Source: Candidatus Hodarchaeota archaeon
GTDB taxonomy: Archaea > Asgardarchaeota > Heimdallarchaeia > Hodarchaeales > Hodarchaeaceae
Length of the DNA: 64,000 bases
Direction of reading: 5' to 3'
NCBI GenBank assembly: GCA_016840035.1
Contig: JAEOTC010000086.1
Span: forward strand, 83,175 to 147,174
Shown: positions 19,551 through 30,017 of the stretch, piece after piece
Position numbering within the stretch: position 1 is the stretch's first letter
How the letters are laid out: every line of letters starts with the position of its first letter
Program-made: the position numbers and the translations under genes
Notes under the pieces: model-generated
Seen by the model: only the letters and a program-made list of their open reading frames with translations
Databases searched by the model: none
What the model was told of the DNA's origin: nothing

Positions 19551-20594
19551 TCACAAAGACCAGTAGTCCGTTAATTCGTTCTTCGAGTGTTGGATTGTTA
19601 TTTTTGTCTCTGCTCTCGCAGTAAGCGCAGGATCTATTTTTCCTATCATCTTATTTTCTTTGATAAAAGGGGAAATATATGCTGAAACTAATTCGGGTAA
19701 AAGATTGATATTGTATCCTCCTTCCAAATAATGGGCGCACGGGATATTTAGAGTATTCGTGATTTCTTTAATTTTGCTACCAATATATGCAAACCCATCA
19801 GTTGTTACCCCCATAACTCCAATAGGATCTCGTTCATACGCATCAAACCCTGCACTAATTGCTAAAAATTCAGGTTTAAACTGAGTAATTATGGGAGTGA
19901 TAATCTCATCAAAACAAAGTTCAAGATCTGCTTCAGAGGCTCTATACCCGAGAGGGATAGGAACGTTATATCCACGTCCTTCGCCTATTCCGATCTCGTC
20001 GGAAAATCCGCAACCAGGATAAGAGATTCTAGGATCTGCATGTGTACTAATATATAGAATATTAGGATTTGCTTCAGTGATATAGGCTGTTCCATTTCCA
20101 AAATGATGATCAAAATCCAATATTGCGATTCGTTGATATTTTTTCTTATTAAGAGCGATTTGACTAGCTACAGCGATATTATTGAAAATACAGAATCCTT
20201 GAGGGGTGTGTTGAGTAGCATGGTGTCCTGGAGGACGTACAAGGCAAAAAACTGATGAATTTTTTGTACTCTCAAAGATTGCTTGAGTCCCAATTTGAAC
20301 GGCTTGCATTGCTGCCTCATAGGAGTACCTATTTGCCGCTGTGTCTGCATCGAAGTAAAAATGACCCTCATAATTTTTTGTCTTTTCAACTAATGTATGA
20401 TAATCTTCTGTATGAACAGAGAGAATGTCTGCCTTTTCAGCCATTTTGTCTGAAATCTCGAAGGAAATCGTATCACTTAAATTTGAATTAACCCACTTCT
20501 CAATCATTTCAATCCGTTGTGCTGATTCGGGATGAAATCTCCCATTAGAATGCTTTTTTGCAAGGGAATTACGAATAAAACGGACTGAATTCAA
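19551..20594 (-). CDS. Histone deacetylase family (HdaI/AcuC-like) amidohydrolase
   Basis: HPES, RPPGHH, DFDHHFGNGT, SAGFD and EGGY motifs. Confidence 0.93.
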   Translation of the reverse strand: MNSVRFIRNSLAKKHSNGRFHPESAQRIEMIEKWVNSNLSDTISFEISDKMAEKADILSVHTEDYHTLVEKTKNYEGHFYFDADTAANRYSYEAAMQAVQIGTQAIFESTKNSSVFCLVRPPGHHATQHTPQGFCIFNNIAVASQIALNKKKYQRIAILDFDHHFGNGTAYITEANPNILYISTHADPRISYPGCGFSDEIGIGEGRGYNVPIPLGYRASEADLELCFDEIITPIITQFKPEFLAISAGFDAYERDPIGVMGVTTDGFAYIGSKIKEITNTLNIPCAHYLEGGYNINLLPELVSAYISPFIKENKMIGKIDPALTARAETKITIQHSKNELTDYWSL

Positions 20595-20791
20595 GATCTA
20601 GATCACTTTCCTTCTGAATTATCCAATAGAATGAATTCGACTTGAATGAGGAATATAAAATTTTTTGAATATTGACATTTACCTTTAATAAGTAAAGATT
20701 TAATTATCTTATCAAAGGTTTCTACATAGCTTAGATAATTATCTCAAAATACTTTCGAATAGAATATAATCAATGGAGAGAAACTCAAACT

Positions 20792-21274
20792 ATGGCTGGA
20801 AAAAGGATTGTAATCAAAAGCATTCATTGCTCTCTAAATCCCTCCAACCAAGAAAAATCTCCAGGATTCCAAGTTACTGGTTACAAAGAGTTAAAAACTG
20901 AAGAGGGATCAGAAAAGATTGGTTTTATCATTTCAGGCATTAGAATTTTAATTTTTCAACAAATCAAAAACTTAGGTGTTCGAACACGTATTAAATGGAT
21001 CTCTAAAGGTTTCGAAATCAGAGAGGAAATCCATCCAATATCAGAGGTCGTTGCTGACCCGCAGAGAAAGAATAATATACTATTTGTCAGCAAAGATGAT
21101 AATTCAATGGTAGTTATGCAAGGAGAACCCGTTTTGAGGGATAATGGATTCGTAGGTCAGATAATCAATGTTAGTTGGGAGATGAGTGAGGTTTTAGTGT
21201 TACCACATAATAATACTATTTTTCATTGTGTCCTAGATCCAAAAAATAGCCGTATAGATTGTATTGTGAAATAA
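20792..21274 (+). CDS. Hypothetical protein
   Basis: 160-aa ORF with ATG start and no competing ORF; no motif recognised. Confidence 0.6.
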   Translation: MAGKRIVIKSIHCSLNPSNQEKSPGFQVTGYKELKTEEGSEKIGFIISGIRILIFQQIKNLGVRTRIKWISKGFEIREEIHPISEVVADPQRKNNILFVSKDDNSMVVMQGEPVLRDNGFVGQIINVSWEMSEVLVLPHNNTIFHCVLDPKNSRIDCIVK

Positions 21275-21332
21275 GAATGGATTCAAAAATTAGTTTTTTT
21301 AGACCTTTTGAATTCAAATGAAAGCTTTTGGA

Positions 21333-21704
21333 TTAGTTAATTACGATAGAGTCAATTGTTGCTTCTGTACCAGAGATAATATCTGTTGCATAACTCTGAC
21401 ATTTCGGGCATCTAAACACAGGAGCTAGTTCAGTATGCTTTTGGGGAATGTCTTCAATTTTTCCCTCAAAGCTGCACTGCTGGCATTTAAGTACACCTGA
21501 AATCCAGATGATTTCTAGTTCTGTTTGTTCAAGTAATTCCGACTCTTTTTGAAGAATGTCAAAACAAAACCTAAATTGATCTTCCTCAATTAGAGCAAAT
21601 GTCCCGAATTTAAGTATAACTTTCTTAATTTCTTTTGCTCCTTGTTTTTTTGCAATTGAAATAACAGTTTCTTGTACTGATTGAGCCAGAGAGAATTCAT
21701 GCAT
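21333..21704 (-). CDS. hypA: Hydrogenase nickel metallochaperone HypA
   Basis: MHE N-terminus and two CxxC motifs. Confidence 0.93.
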   Translation of the reverse strand: MHEFSLAQSVQETVISIAKKQGAKEIKKVILKFGTFALIEEDQFRFCFDILQKESELLEQTELEIIWISGVLKCQQCSFEGKIEDIPQKHTELAPVFRCPKCQSYATDIISGTEATIDSIVIN

Positions 21705-21774
21705 AGAGGATCATTTTATCTCTCACAGAAGAGATAAAAAAAACTCTTTCTCTTTTTTAAAACAAGGATTACAC

Positions 21775-22425
21775 ATGCCCCGAGTAATTAATATCTCAAT
21801 TGATCAGAAGATTCAAGAAAAAAATGATCTTATCGCAAGTAGAATTCGCCAGAAAAGACAAGAATTAGATATTCCAATGATTGACATAATGGGAAGCGTT
21901 GGATCTGGAAAAACTTCGATCCTAGAGTACTTCTCACGAGAATATTCTATCGATAAGAAATTACTTGTTATTAATGGAGATCTTGCAACGGATATTGATG
22001 CACAAAGAATTAGTCGATTTGGAAGCAAATGTATTCAGATTAATACAGGACGAGGGTGTCATCTCATGGCGTTTCAGATTGAACAGGCTCTTAACGCACT
22101 AGATATTGCAGAATATGATTTTATTTTTGTTGAAAATGTCGGAAATTTAATTTGTCCCTCATCAACAGATGTTGGGGCCGATAAGAAAATTACTGTTACC
22201 AGTGTTACAGAGGGACCATATGTGTTTCGAAAACATCCTGTTACTTTTAGAATGAGCGATTTAGCAATTCTTAATAAGGTTGATTTGGCCTCAGCAATGG
22301 ATGTAAATATTGAGGAAATCATTAATGGATCTAAAGAACTGTACCCTCAACTAGAGGTAGTTCCTACGAGTACGAAAACTGGAGTAGGGATGGACATCTT
22401 CGCAAAGAAGATTGGTCTGAATTAA
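21775..22425 (+). CDS. hypB: Hydrogenase maturation GTPase HypB
   Basis: GSGKT, GRGCHL, ENVGNLICP and NKVD motifs. Confidence 0.93.
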   Translation: MPRVINISIDQKIQEKNDLIASRIRQKRQELDIPMIDIMGSVGSGKTSILEYFSREYSIDKKLLVINGDLATDIDAQRISRFGSKCIQINTGRGCHLMAFQIEQALNALDIAEYDFIFVENVGNLICPSSTDVGADKKITVTSVTEGPYVFRKHPVTFRMSDLAILNKVDLASAMDVNIEEIINGSKELYPQLEVVPTSTKTGVGMDIFAKKIGLN

Positions 22426-22499
22426 TTTTAAATTGCTGGCCAAAGACTAAAGAATTAATAAAGTAACCAAGAAAAAAGAAAGAATATCCTCGGATTTTT

Positions 22500-23786
22500 T
22501 TAAAAAAGTCCTAGGAATTTCTTTTTACGAGTTTTTCCTTCTCCAGAGTCTTCTTCCCCTTCTATTGAGAACCGTGCGGAAGGTAGACTATTTCTTAGAT
22601 CGTCTTCACCTCGGTTTTTTGAGGAAATAACCGAGAATGGTGAATCTAAATCAGCGAGAAGTGATTCTAGATCACTTTTTGAATAATAAAGTCCTTCGTT
22701 CTCTGTTAGGGGTGAATGCACATCACTTAATACTACAATTACTCGAATTTTATTACCAAGATCTGGATCAATGGTTGCTCCCCAAATGATTTCTGCAGAA
22801 TTATCTATCTCAGTTGCAATTTTCATTACTGCTTCTTCTGCATCCTTTAAAGCAAGGCCTTCTCCACCAGATACGCATATAAGTCCTTTTTTAGCCCGAC
22901 TAATATCTAGATCATCCAGCAAAGGATTTCTTAATGCTTCATAGACTGCCTCATCTACTTTCATTGATTGATGATCGGATTCTCCTAATCCAATCATTGC
23001 CATTCCACCTTCCGTTAAAATCTTTTTAACATCCGCAAAATCTAAGTTGATGAGCTGTGGTTTTGTTATCAGTTCTGTAATAGCCATCACCGCTCTTAAA
23101 AGGACAGCATCAGCTATTCGGAAAGCAGCCATCATCGTAATGTCATCAGAAAGTTGAAGTAGTTTCTCATTTGGTACGACAATAACAGTATCGGAAGCTT
23201 CATACAACTTCTTCAAACCTTGTCGTGCGTTTTCATATCTCTTGACTCCTTCCATTTGAAACGGCAATGTGCAAATAGATACAGTTAATGCTCCTTTTTC
23301 TTTCGCTTGCCTTGCAATTACGTGAGCGGCTCCTGTACCTGTTCCACCACCTAATCCGCAAGTAATAAAAATCATATTTGCGTTTAATGTACTCTTAATT
23401 TCTTCTAAGGATTCACGAGCAGCTGTTTCCCCAATTTCAGGATTATTTCCGGCTCCAAATCCCCTAGAAGTGTCTTTTCCAATAAGTAGTTTTTTATGTG
23501 CTCGTGTTGATAACAAGTGTTGAGCATCAGTGTTTACTGCAACGCATTCGGCATCTACTTCCGTATTCATGAGTCGAAAGATCGCATTATTACCTGCACC
23601 TCCAACTCCCACAACTTGGACTTTAGGTAGCCGTTCAGTCAAGATATCCGCTATTTCGTCATCAATTTTAGGAGGAGATGGAATAAACTGTGTTGTTCGT
23701 TCCCTTTTTACCTCTCCTAGATTTTTGAACGACCCTGTTCCACTCAGAGCATCTTTTAAAATTGATTCCATTGGGTTAGCCTTCAT
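22500..23786 (-). CDS. ftsZ: Cell division protein FtsZ
   Basis: [18 protein letters not shown] and NLDFAD motifs. Confidence 0.96.
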   Translation of the reverse strand: MKANPMESILKDALSGTGSFKNLGEVKRERTTQFIPSPPKIDDEIADILTERLPKVQVVGVGGAGNNAIFRLMNTEVDAECVAVNTDAQHLLSTRAHKKLLIGKDTSRGFGAGNNPEIGETAARESLEEIKSTLNANMIFITCGLGGGTGTGAAHVIARQAKEKGALTVSICTLPFQMEGVKRYENARQGLKKLYEASDTVIVVPNEKLLQLSDDITMMAAFRIADAVLLRAVMAITELITKPQLINLDFADVKKILTEGGMAMIGLGESDHQSMKVDEAVYEALRNPLLDDLDISRAKKGLICVSGGEGLALKDAEEAVMKIATEIDNSAEIIWGATIDPDLGNKIRVIVVLSDVHSPLTENEGLYYSKSDLESLLADLDSPFSVISSKNRGEDDLRNSLPSARFSIEGEEDSGEGKTRKKKFLGLF

Positions 23787-23905
23787 TTGTGTTATGTACC
23801 AATAACCGACAAAAATATTATAGGATAGGGTAATATGTTCATATTATGTAAATGAAGTATCAATAAATACCATTAAACGGGAGGGGAAGAAGAGAAGGAA
23901 ATGAA

Positions 23906-24008
23906 TGGGTTCGAGGGGAATTTCGTTATACTTTAAGTAAGCATAAGTTCGAACCCCTGAACTCGTGCACCCCAGGCACGGATCCTAGCCAAGCTAGACC
24001 ACGAACCC
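23906..24008 (-). tRNA. tRNA-Pro(GGG) with 28-nt BHB intron at 59/60 (23920-23947)
   Basis: Acceptor GGGTTCG/CGAACCC; anticodon arm CGTGC-CTGGGGT-GCACG; BHB TTCG-AAC...CGAA-ATT. Confidence 0.92.
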
Positions 24009-24224
24009 TTAGTGTATTGGTTGTATTCATAGAATTCTTTAGAAAAATATTCTTAAAATCCTGTACACACATCAGTAAGATATTGATTAGTAGATCAACA
24101 CTACTTGACGGCATTTACCTCTCAATACTAAAGAAATTAAAAGTTGTTCTATTATCTAGATGGTTCATTTCAATTGCGAAAAGAGATATGAAAGACGACT
24201 AAGATGTATTAAATATTAAGTTAA

Positions 24225-25352
24225 TTGTGGAGATGGATCATAAGCATGGAACATCAATCAAAAATCAAACCTAAGCAAGAATCATTCACGAGATCTGCAC
24301 CTAAGATGGATAAATTGATTTTATCACCCGTAGGTTATCCGTTGAAAGCGGGAGATGAATCATCCCCATATTTATCAACCGATGATCCCTCCTTATTTCA
24401 ACACTATGCTCGAAGTCAATGGGTTGGTCTAGTAGTAAAGGAAGGAAATTTCTTGTTCGATTCTCTCATTTTTCCTGATTACGCGTTTCGTGCAGTTACT
24501 GTAGAACCTAAAGAGTCTCAGATAACTAAGAAAACCAAAATTTTTCTATACTCTGAACAGAAAGCTGATCCTGGAAGCAAAATCTTTCAACAACACACTA
24601 CATTTGCTGAAATAATTGGTCAAAATCAGGCAAAGGAAAAATGTCAAATCATAGGAAAATTTCTAAGGAATGACGATTTGATGAATTCTCCTTGGGCTCC
24701 CAAAAATATACTGTTCTGGGGTCCACCAGGTAATGGGAAAACTATGATGGCCAAAGCCCTTTCTCATGAAATTAAGAGTTCAATGTTCCTAATAAAAGCA
24801 AGTGATTTACTTGGTATTTATGTGGGTGATGGAGCAAGAAAAATAAAAAATTTATTTTACGAAGCAAGAAGATCAACTCCAGCCATTATATTCATTGATG
24901 AACTCGACTCAATCGCGCTTAAAAGGAATTTCCAAAGTATTAGAGGAGATGTTGTTGAGCTGGTTAGCGCATTATTAGGTGAAATGGATGGAATTGCAAG
25001 CAATCACGGAATTATTACTATTGGTTCAACGAATCAACCGAATATGCTAGATTCAGCCATCTTGAGTAGATTTGAGGATTTGATCGAATTCAAATATCCA
25101 AATTCTTCTGAACGAGAACAAATACTGACATTATATGCCAATCAATCCCCAATCCCATTCGTTGATATTTCGTGGGATATTATTGGTCAAGAAACAACTG
25201 AATGGTCAGGAAGAGACCTAAAAGAAAAAATAATCAAAGGTGCTATTCATCATGCAGTTTTAACTGATCGTTCTAAAATTACGATGCAGGAATTGACTGA
25301 TTCAATACAAAAAGCTAATCTCTTCAGCGAGAACTTAACATACTACTCTTAA
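24225..25352 (+). CDS. AAA ATPase, AMA/AF1285-like
   Basis: N-domain FLFDSLIFPDYAF, Walker A GPPGNGKT, Walker B FIDELD, RGDVVELVSALL. Confidence 0.85.
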   Translation: MWRWIISMEHQSKIKPKQESFTRSAPKMDKLILSPVGYPLKAGDESSPYLSTDDPSLFQHYARSQWVGLVVKEGNFLFDSLIFPDYAFRAVTVEPKESQITKKTKIFLYSEQKADPGSKIFQQHTTFAEIIGQNQAKEKCQIIGKFLRNDDLMNSPWAPKNILFWGPPGNGKTMMAKALSHEIKSSMFLIKASDLLGIYVGDGARKIKNLFYEARRSTPAIIFIDELDSIALKRNFQSIRGDVVELVSALLGEMDGIASNHGIITIGSTNQPNMLDSAILSRFEDLIEFKYPNSSEREQILTLYANQSPIPFVDISWDIIGQETTEWSGRDLKEKIIKGAIHHAVLTDRSKITMQELTDSIQKANLFSENLTYYS

Positions 25353-25410
25353 ACACAATTAAATTTCCTCTATTCATTAAAGTTTACTGATTAATAATGG
25401 ATATCTACTT

Positions 25411-26532
25411 ATGAATCCAAAACAACTATCAGAGTTTTTCTGTTTTCTATCTGGAGAGAATCCAGATCTTGCCCGATTTGAATTAGAAAGTATAATTCTT
25501 TCTCAGGGCAAGAAAATCTTTTTGGAAGCGACCAATGACACACGAATTGTTAATATAAGAATGCAGAAAACAATGAAATCTGTAGAGGAACTTTATTACA
25601 TCCAAAATTTAATTAAACGAGCAACACTTGTTCACTGTTGTTGTAAAGCTTATTTTCAGGTTGAATACAAAGATAATCAGCTCAACGATTTTGAAAGGTT
25701 AGTTGACTCATTTAAAAGTGATTATATACCAAAGTTAAACCCCTCATCTTCCTTTTGCGTGAGAACTAGACGTATAAGAAATCCTGAAGGGATTCTGAAA
25801 CAATCTCAAATTACTCAAGAGATTACCAATTATTTCGGTTCAAAGATTTTGGAGCAGTATCCATCAAAGAAAGTTAATCTAAAGAATCCTGAAGAGATTT
25901 ATCGGGTAATAGTTAGTAAGAATGGATTATGGTTTGGATTACACGTTTTTGATTCTTTACGGAAGATAGTCAGAAAACGAACTGCAAGAAATCGTCCTTT
26001 TTTCCATCCAAGTTCAATGAATCCTATTCTACAAAGAACTTTGGTTAATCTTACAGCAATAAAGGAAGGTCAATGGTTATTGGATCCATTCTGCGGAACT
26101 GGAGGGGCTTTACTTGAAGGTTCAAGACTAGGATTCAAATGTGTTGGAATTGAAATCGATCGTCGAATTGTATGGGGAGCGATCAGGAATCTAAAATCGG
26201 ATGTAGAAACCAAAAGATTAACTAATCTCATATTTGGAGACGCACTTCATTTAGGATTCAAATTAGGGGCTATTTCTGCTGTTGTAACCGATCCTCCGTA
26301 CGGAACTGCCGCATCTACACAAGGATATGACTTGAGTGATCTTCTTTTACGATTTTTCCAAGAAGCAAAAGCAATTCTTCCACCTCAAAGCAGATTAGTA
26401 ATTTCAATTCCTTCCACTGTTGATCTCGAAGATAGGGCGGCCGAAATTCTCAACGCTTCATATCGAGCATTTCATCAGTATGTCCATCGCTCTTTGACAA
26501 GGAAAATTCTTGTTTTCACATTACTCAATTAA
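25411..26532 (+). CDS. tRNA m2G10 methyltransferase (THUMP + MTase, Trm11/TrmG10)
   Basis: LSGENP, RPFFHP, DPFCGTG, TDPPYG and VHRSLTR motifs. Confidence 0.88.
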   Translation: MNPKQLSEFFCFLSGENPDLARFELESIILSQGKKIFLEATNDTRIVNIRMQKTMKSVEELYYIQNLIKRATLVHCCCKAYFQVEYKDNQLNDFERLVDSFKSDYIPKLNPSSSFCVRTRRIRNPEGILKQSQITQEITNYFGSKILEQYPSKKVNLKNPEEIYRVIVSKNGLWFGLHVFDSLRKIVRKRTARNRPFFHPSSMNPILQRTLVNLTAIKEGQWLLDPFCGTGGALLEGSRLGFKCVGIEIDRRIVWGAIRNLKSDVETKRLTNLIFGDALHLGFKLGAISAVVTDPPYGTAASTQGYDLSDLLLRFFQEAKAILPPQSRLVISIPSTVDLEDRAAEILNASYRAFHQYVHRSLTRKILVFTLLN

Positions 26533-26945
26533 TGAATCTAATTCTTTATTTGACGATTGGAATTCCTTCTAAAGAAAGATACGAAGAATATTATTGGATA
26601 AACAACATGAAAACAGGACTGATATCGTAGATTATTATTTCTGAATTAAATTTGAATATCAATAATGTAATCCTCCTCTTAAATGATAATTACTTTTGAT
26701 TAGCTATAAATCTCGTGAAAACTACTGTGATAAAGAAGATAGCCCCCCTAATTCCAGTGAATATATTTTCCACCTTTAGTTCGACTTCATGAAACCTAGT
26801 CATTTAAAAGAATTCAATGGAAGAGGGTCATAAGAAGACGTGAAAGAACAAATGTTTTCTTAATCCTTTAATGATGTTTAGCGTATTCTAAACTCTTTAT
26901 GAACGGACTAGCAAGTACATCTATGAAGTCCAGCTCTCTAAGAAG

Positions 26946-28883
26946 TTGAATGAAATTATGGAAAAGACCGAGAGTGAATCGATTGAGGTTGATATGGAAT
27001 TTGAAACAACACGTGATATTCCTATTCCCTCGAGATTAGTTGATCAAGTTATTGGTCAAGAACCATCAGTTGCAATTATAAAAAAAGCTGCAATCCAAAG
27101 AAGAAATGTCTTGCTCATCGGTGACCCTGGCACAGGGAAATCAATGTTAGGGCAAGCTCTAGCCGAATTACTTCCACGTGAAGAACTAGAAGATATATTA
27201 TGTCTACCTAACCAAAATGATTCACACACTCCACGAATCATGACAGTACCAGGAGTGGAAGGAAGAAAGATTGTAGATCATTACAAACAACTTGCCCGTA
27301 AAACTGATCAACAAAGGAGTATGTTGTTATTAGGTATTCCAGCCCTTGTTATTCTCGTCGGGTTAGCTCTCCAGGTTACTAACCCAGAGGGTAATCCTAT
27401 ACTGTTTGCGATTTTAGTTGCTCTTGTAGCCTTTTTTGTAATTGGTCAATTTCGGTCAAGAAGAGAAAATCTAGTTCCAAAATTACTTGTAGATAATTCT
27501 GAAAGCAATAGCGCGCCGTTTAACGATGCGACAGGGGCACACGCAGGAGCTCTCCTAGGAGATGTAAGACATGATCCCTTTCAATCAGGTGGATTAGGAA
27601 CTCCAGCCCATGATCGTGTTGAGGCAGGCTTAATTCATAAATCTCACAAAGGTGTACTGTATATTGATGAAGTAGCTACATTAAATCAGAAAACCCAACA
27701 ACAATTATTGACTGCTATGCAAGATCGACAGTTGTCAATCACAGGACGATCTGAACTTTCGAGTGGTGCAATGGTACGGACCGAAGCGGTTCCATGCGAT
27801 TTTGTTTTAGTCGCATCGGGGAATATTGATACAGTAAGACGAATGCATCCTGCTTTGAGGTCTAGAATCCGTGGTTATGGATACGAAATTGCTGTAAATC
27901 ATGTAATGAAAGATACTATGGAGAATCGAAGGAAATTAGTTAGATTTGTAGCTCAAGAAATAACAAATGATGGAAAAATCCCTCATTTCTCACGAGCTGC
28001 AGTTCTTGCAATTATTCTCGAGTCTAAGAAACGAGCTGATAGAAAACACCACCTAACATTACGTCTTCGTGATTTAGGTGGAATGATCAGGGCTGCGGGA
28101 GATTTAGCACGAGAAGAAGGAGTTCCATTTGTTGAAGCTCGACATGTATTTGCGTCACGAAATCTTGCTCGTTCACTAGAAAATCAGATAGCTGATAAGC
28201 AAATAGAACGCAAAAAAGAATATAAAATATTTGAAACAGTAGGAAATATAATAGGCCGTGTGAATGGACTAGCTGTAATGGCTGGTGATTCTGGTGCAGC
28301 ACGTGGTGGACATATCACTCCTATCGAAGCCACAGTAACTCCTGCTCAAGGCACAGGAGGAAGAGTGATCGCTACAGGAAGTTTACGGGTAATTGCTCGT
28401 GAATCCGTGCAAAATGTCTCTGCTTGGTTCAAAAAATATGCTGGAACTGATATACGAAATCTTGACTTTCATATCCAATTCCTAGGAGTTCACGGTATAG
28501 ATGGAGATAGCGCAAGTATTACTATCGCTACTGCAATTATGAGTGATTTAGAAGGTTTACCTGTTAGACAAGATCTTGCAATGACTGGATCTTTCTCTGT
28601 GCGGGGAACTGTATTACCTATTGGAGGAGCAACCGCAAAGATTGAAGGGGCTTATGAAGCGGGGGTCAAAGAAGTTATTATTCCAAGAACAAATCTTGAA
28701 GATGTAGTTTTAGAAGATAAAATAAGAGAAGCAGTCAAAATTCATCCTGTAGAAACATTGGAAGAGGTTTTATCAATTGCCCTTGTAGGTTGGAGCACTA
28801 GAAGTCGAGATATCGAACTTGATCCGTCTACTAAACTACAAGGAATGAGATCATCTCGCAAATCCTTAGGGTTTCCAAGTTAA
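26946..28883 (+). CDS. lonB: ATP-dependent protease LonB (membrane-anchored)
   Basis: GDPGTGKS, two TM helices, DVRHDPFQSGG, DGDSAS catalytic Ser and downstream Lys. Confidence 0.96.
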   Translation: MNEIMEKTESESIEVDMEFETTRDIPIPSRLVDQVIGQEPSVAIIKKAAIQRRNVLLIGDPGTGKSMLGQALAELLPREELEDILCLPNQNDSHTPRIMTVPGVEGRKIVDHYKQLARKTDQQRSMLLLGIPALVILVGLALQVTNPEGNPILFAILVALVAFFVIGQFRSRRENLVPKLLVDNSESNSAPFNDATGAHAGALLGDVRHDPFQSGGLGTPAHDRVEAGLIHKSHKGVLYIDEVATLNQKTQQQLLTAMQDRQLSITGRSELSSGAMVRTEAVPCDFVLVASGNIDTVRRMHPALRSRIRGYGYEIAVNHVMKDTMENRRKLVRFVAQEITNDGKIPHFSRAAVLAIILESKKRADRKHHLTLRLRDLGGMIRAAGDLAREEGVPFVEARHVFASRNLARSLENQIADKQIERKKEYKIFETVGNIIGRVNGLAVMAGDSGAARGGHITPIEATVTPAQGTGGRVIATGSLRVIARESVQNVSAWFKKYAGTDIRNLDFHIQFLGVHGIDGDSASITIATAIMSDLEGLPVRQDLAMTGSFSVRGTVLPIGGATAKIEGAYEAGVKEVIIPRTNLEDVVLEDKIREAVKIHPVETLEEVLSIALVGWSTRSRDIELDPSTKLQGMRSSRKSLGFPS

Positions 28884-29001
28884 GGATGGATATGGATCTT
28901 TTTCCCTTAGAATCCTCGGATAGCAAAACTTAGCTTAAGATTAATTAAATCAAAGAGAAGTTTTTCAAAACCATTCACAGGTGTCATCTTATAATAAGTA
29001 T

Positions 29002-29109
29002 GGATCCGTGGCTTAGCCAGGATAAAGCTTTTATACATGTAGAGCTTCTAGAAAGAGCGGCGGCCTTCTAAGTCGCAGGTCGGGGGTTCAAATCCCCTCG
29101 GATCCGCCA
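29002..29109 (+). tRNA. tRNA-Arg(TCT) with 30-nt D-loop intron (29024-29053); CCA encoded
   Basis: GGATCCG/CGGATCC acceptor; GCGGC-CTTCTAA-GTCGC anticodon arm; hairpin insert before A21. Confidence 0.9.
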
Positions 29110-29127
29110 TCCAGTATTATTGAATTA

Positions 29128-29261
29128 GGACTCGTAGCTCAGCATGGATAGGGTGTCTGTTAATACAGACCTTCTGTAGAGAGCATCTGCCTCCTATTGA
29201 ATTCGCTTTAGCGACTCAGAGAGAAAGCAGAGGGCCGGGGGTTCAAATCCCCTCGAGTCCG
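29128..29261 (+). tRNA. tRNA-Arg(CCT) with two introns: D-loop (29150-29179) and canonical 37/38 (29197-29225)
   Basis: GGACTCG/CGAGTCC acceptor; TCTGC-CTCCTA[intron]A-GCAGA; BHB ATGG-ATA...CTGT-AGA. Confidence 0.88.
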
Positions 29262-29312
29262 CTCCTTCGATTCAAAAACTTTTAGATTTTTTTTATTGTT
29301 TTAATGTTAATA

Positions 29313-29415
29313 GAGCCCTTCGCTTAGCATGGATAGAGTGCTTGCCTCCGGAGCAAGGATTATCTATTTCATGATCCTCCGTAAGAGGTCGTGAGTTCAA
29401 ATCTCACAGGGCCCG
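29313..29415 (+). tRNA. tRNA-Arg(CCG) with ~28-nt intron in the 3' strand of the anticodon stem (about 29356-29383)
   Basis: CTTGC-CTCCGGA-GCA[intron]AG; T arm GTGAG-TTCAAAT-CTCAC; acceptor has an A2:C71 mismatch. Confidence 0.82.
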
Positions 29416-29596
29416 TTATCAAAAAAACCTCTCATCAGTCTCCCCTACTTTTAAGATTTTTCCGTAAAACTAGAGTTTCTTGGGTTCCCATGAACCCTAC
29501 TTGTGCCAGAATAATAAAAACGAGTGTTAATCTTCTAGATATGGCATTATCTGAGGATTTTCTGGGGGCATCTATCCGTAGACAACATACTAATGT

Positions 29597-29827
29597 TTAT
29601 TTTTTAGAGCCGAGGAACCAATCTAAGTAATCTCGCTCTTTGCGCCGTTTTTTGTCATCTTGCTCATTTTCGGTAATTTGAGCATCATACACGACTTCTT
29701 TCTGTTTATCGTGCATTCTTTCATATTCACGACGACGTAATGCTAACCCACATACTGTACAGACATAGAAGGGAGAATTCCATTTTGCTAATCCTCCGCA
29801 TTCAGGACATTTTGCGATTATTTCCAC
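29597..29827 (-). CDS. Small zinc-ribbon protein
   Basis: CPECGG...CTVCG plus a charged helical tail ending YLDWFL. Confidence 0.75.
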   Translation of the reverse strand: MEIIAKCPECGGLAKWNSPFYVCTVCGLALRRREYERMHDKQKEVVYDAQITENEQDDKKRRKERDYLDWFLGSKK

Positions 29828-30017
29828 CTCTGATAATATGAAATCATTTACTGACTATTAAGGCTTTTTTTATATTCTCTTGAAGTCCTTTTCTCATTGA
29901 TGAATTCTAGTGGTAAACCATTTTAATTACTAATAGATTAGCTACAAAAATTCATGATTAATGACTTATCTCTAACTGCAATTTTTGGAAAAAGAGAACT
30001 AAAAATAGGTTTGGAAT

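Noticed and set aside
23926-24202. Two short ORFs
   Set aside because: They overlap tRNA-Pro or its promoter region
26533-26945. 413-bp gap before lonB with weak stems
   Set aside because: No convincing box motifs, ORF or stable structure by eye
29391-29630. 79-aa ORF
   Set aside because: Starts inside tRNA-Arg(CCG) and overlaps the next gene
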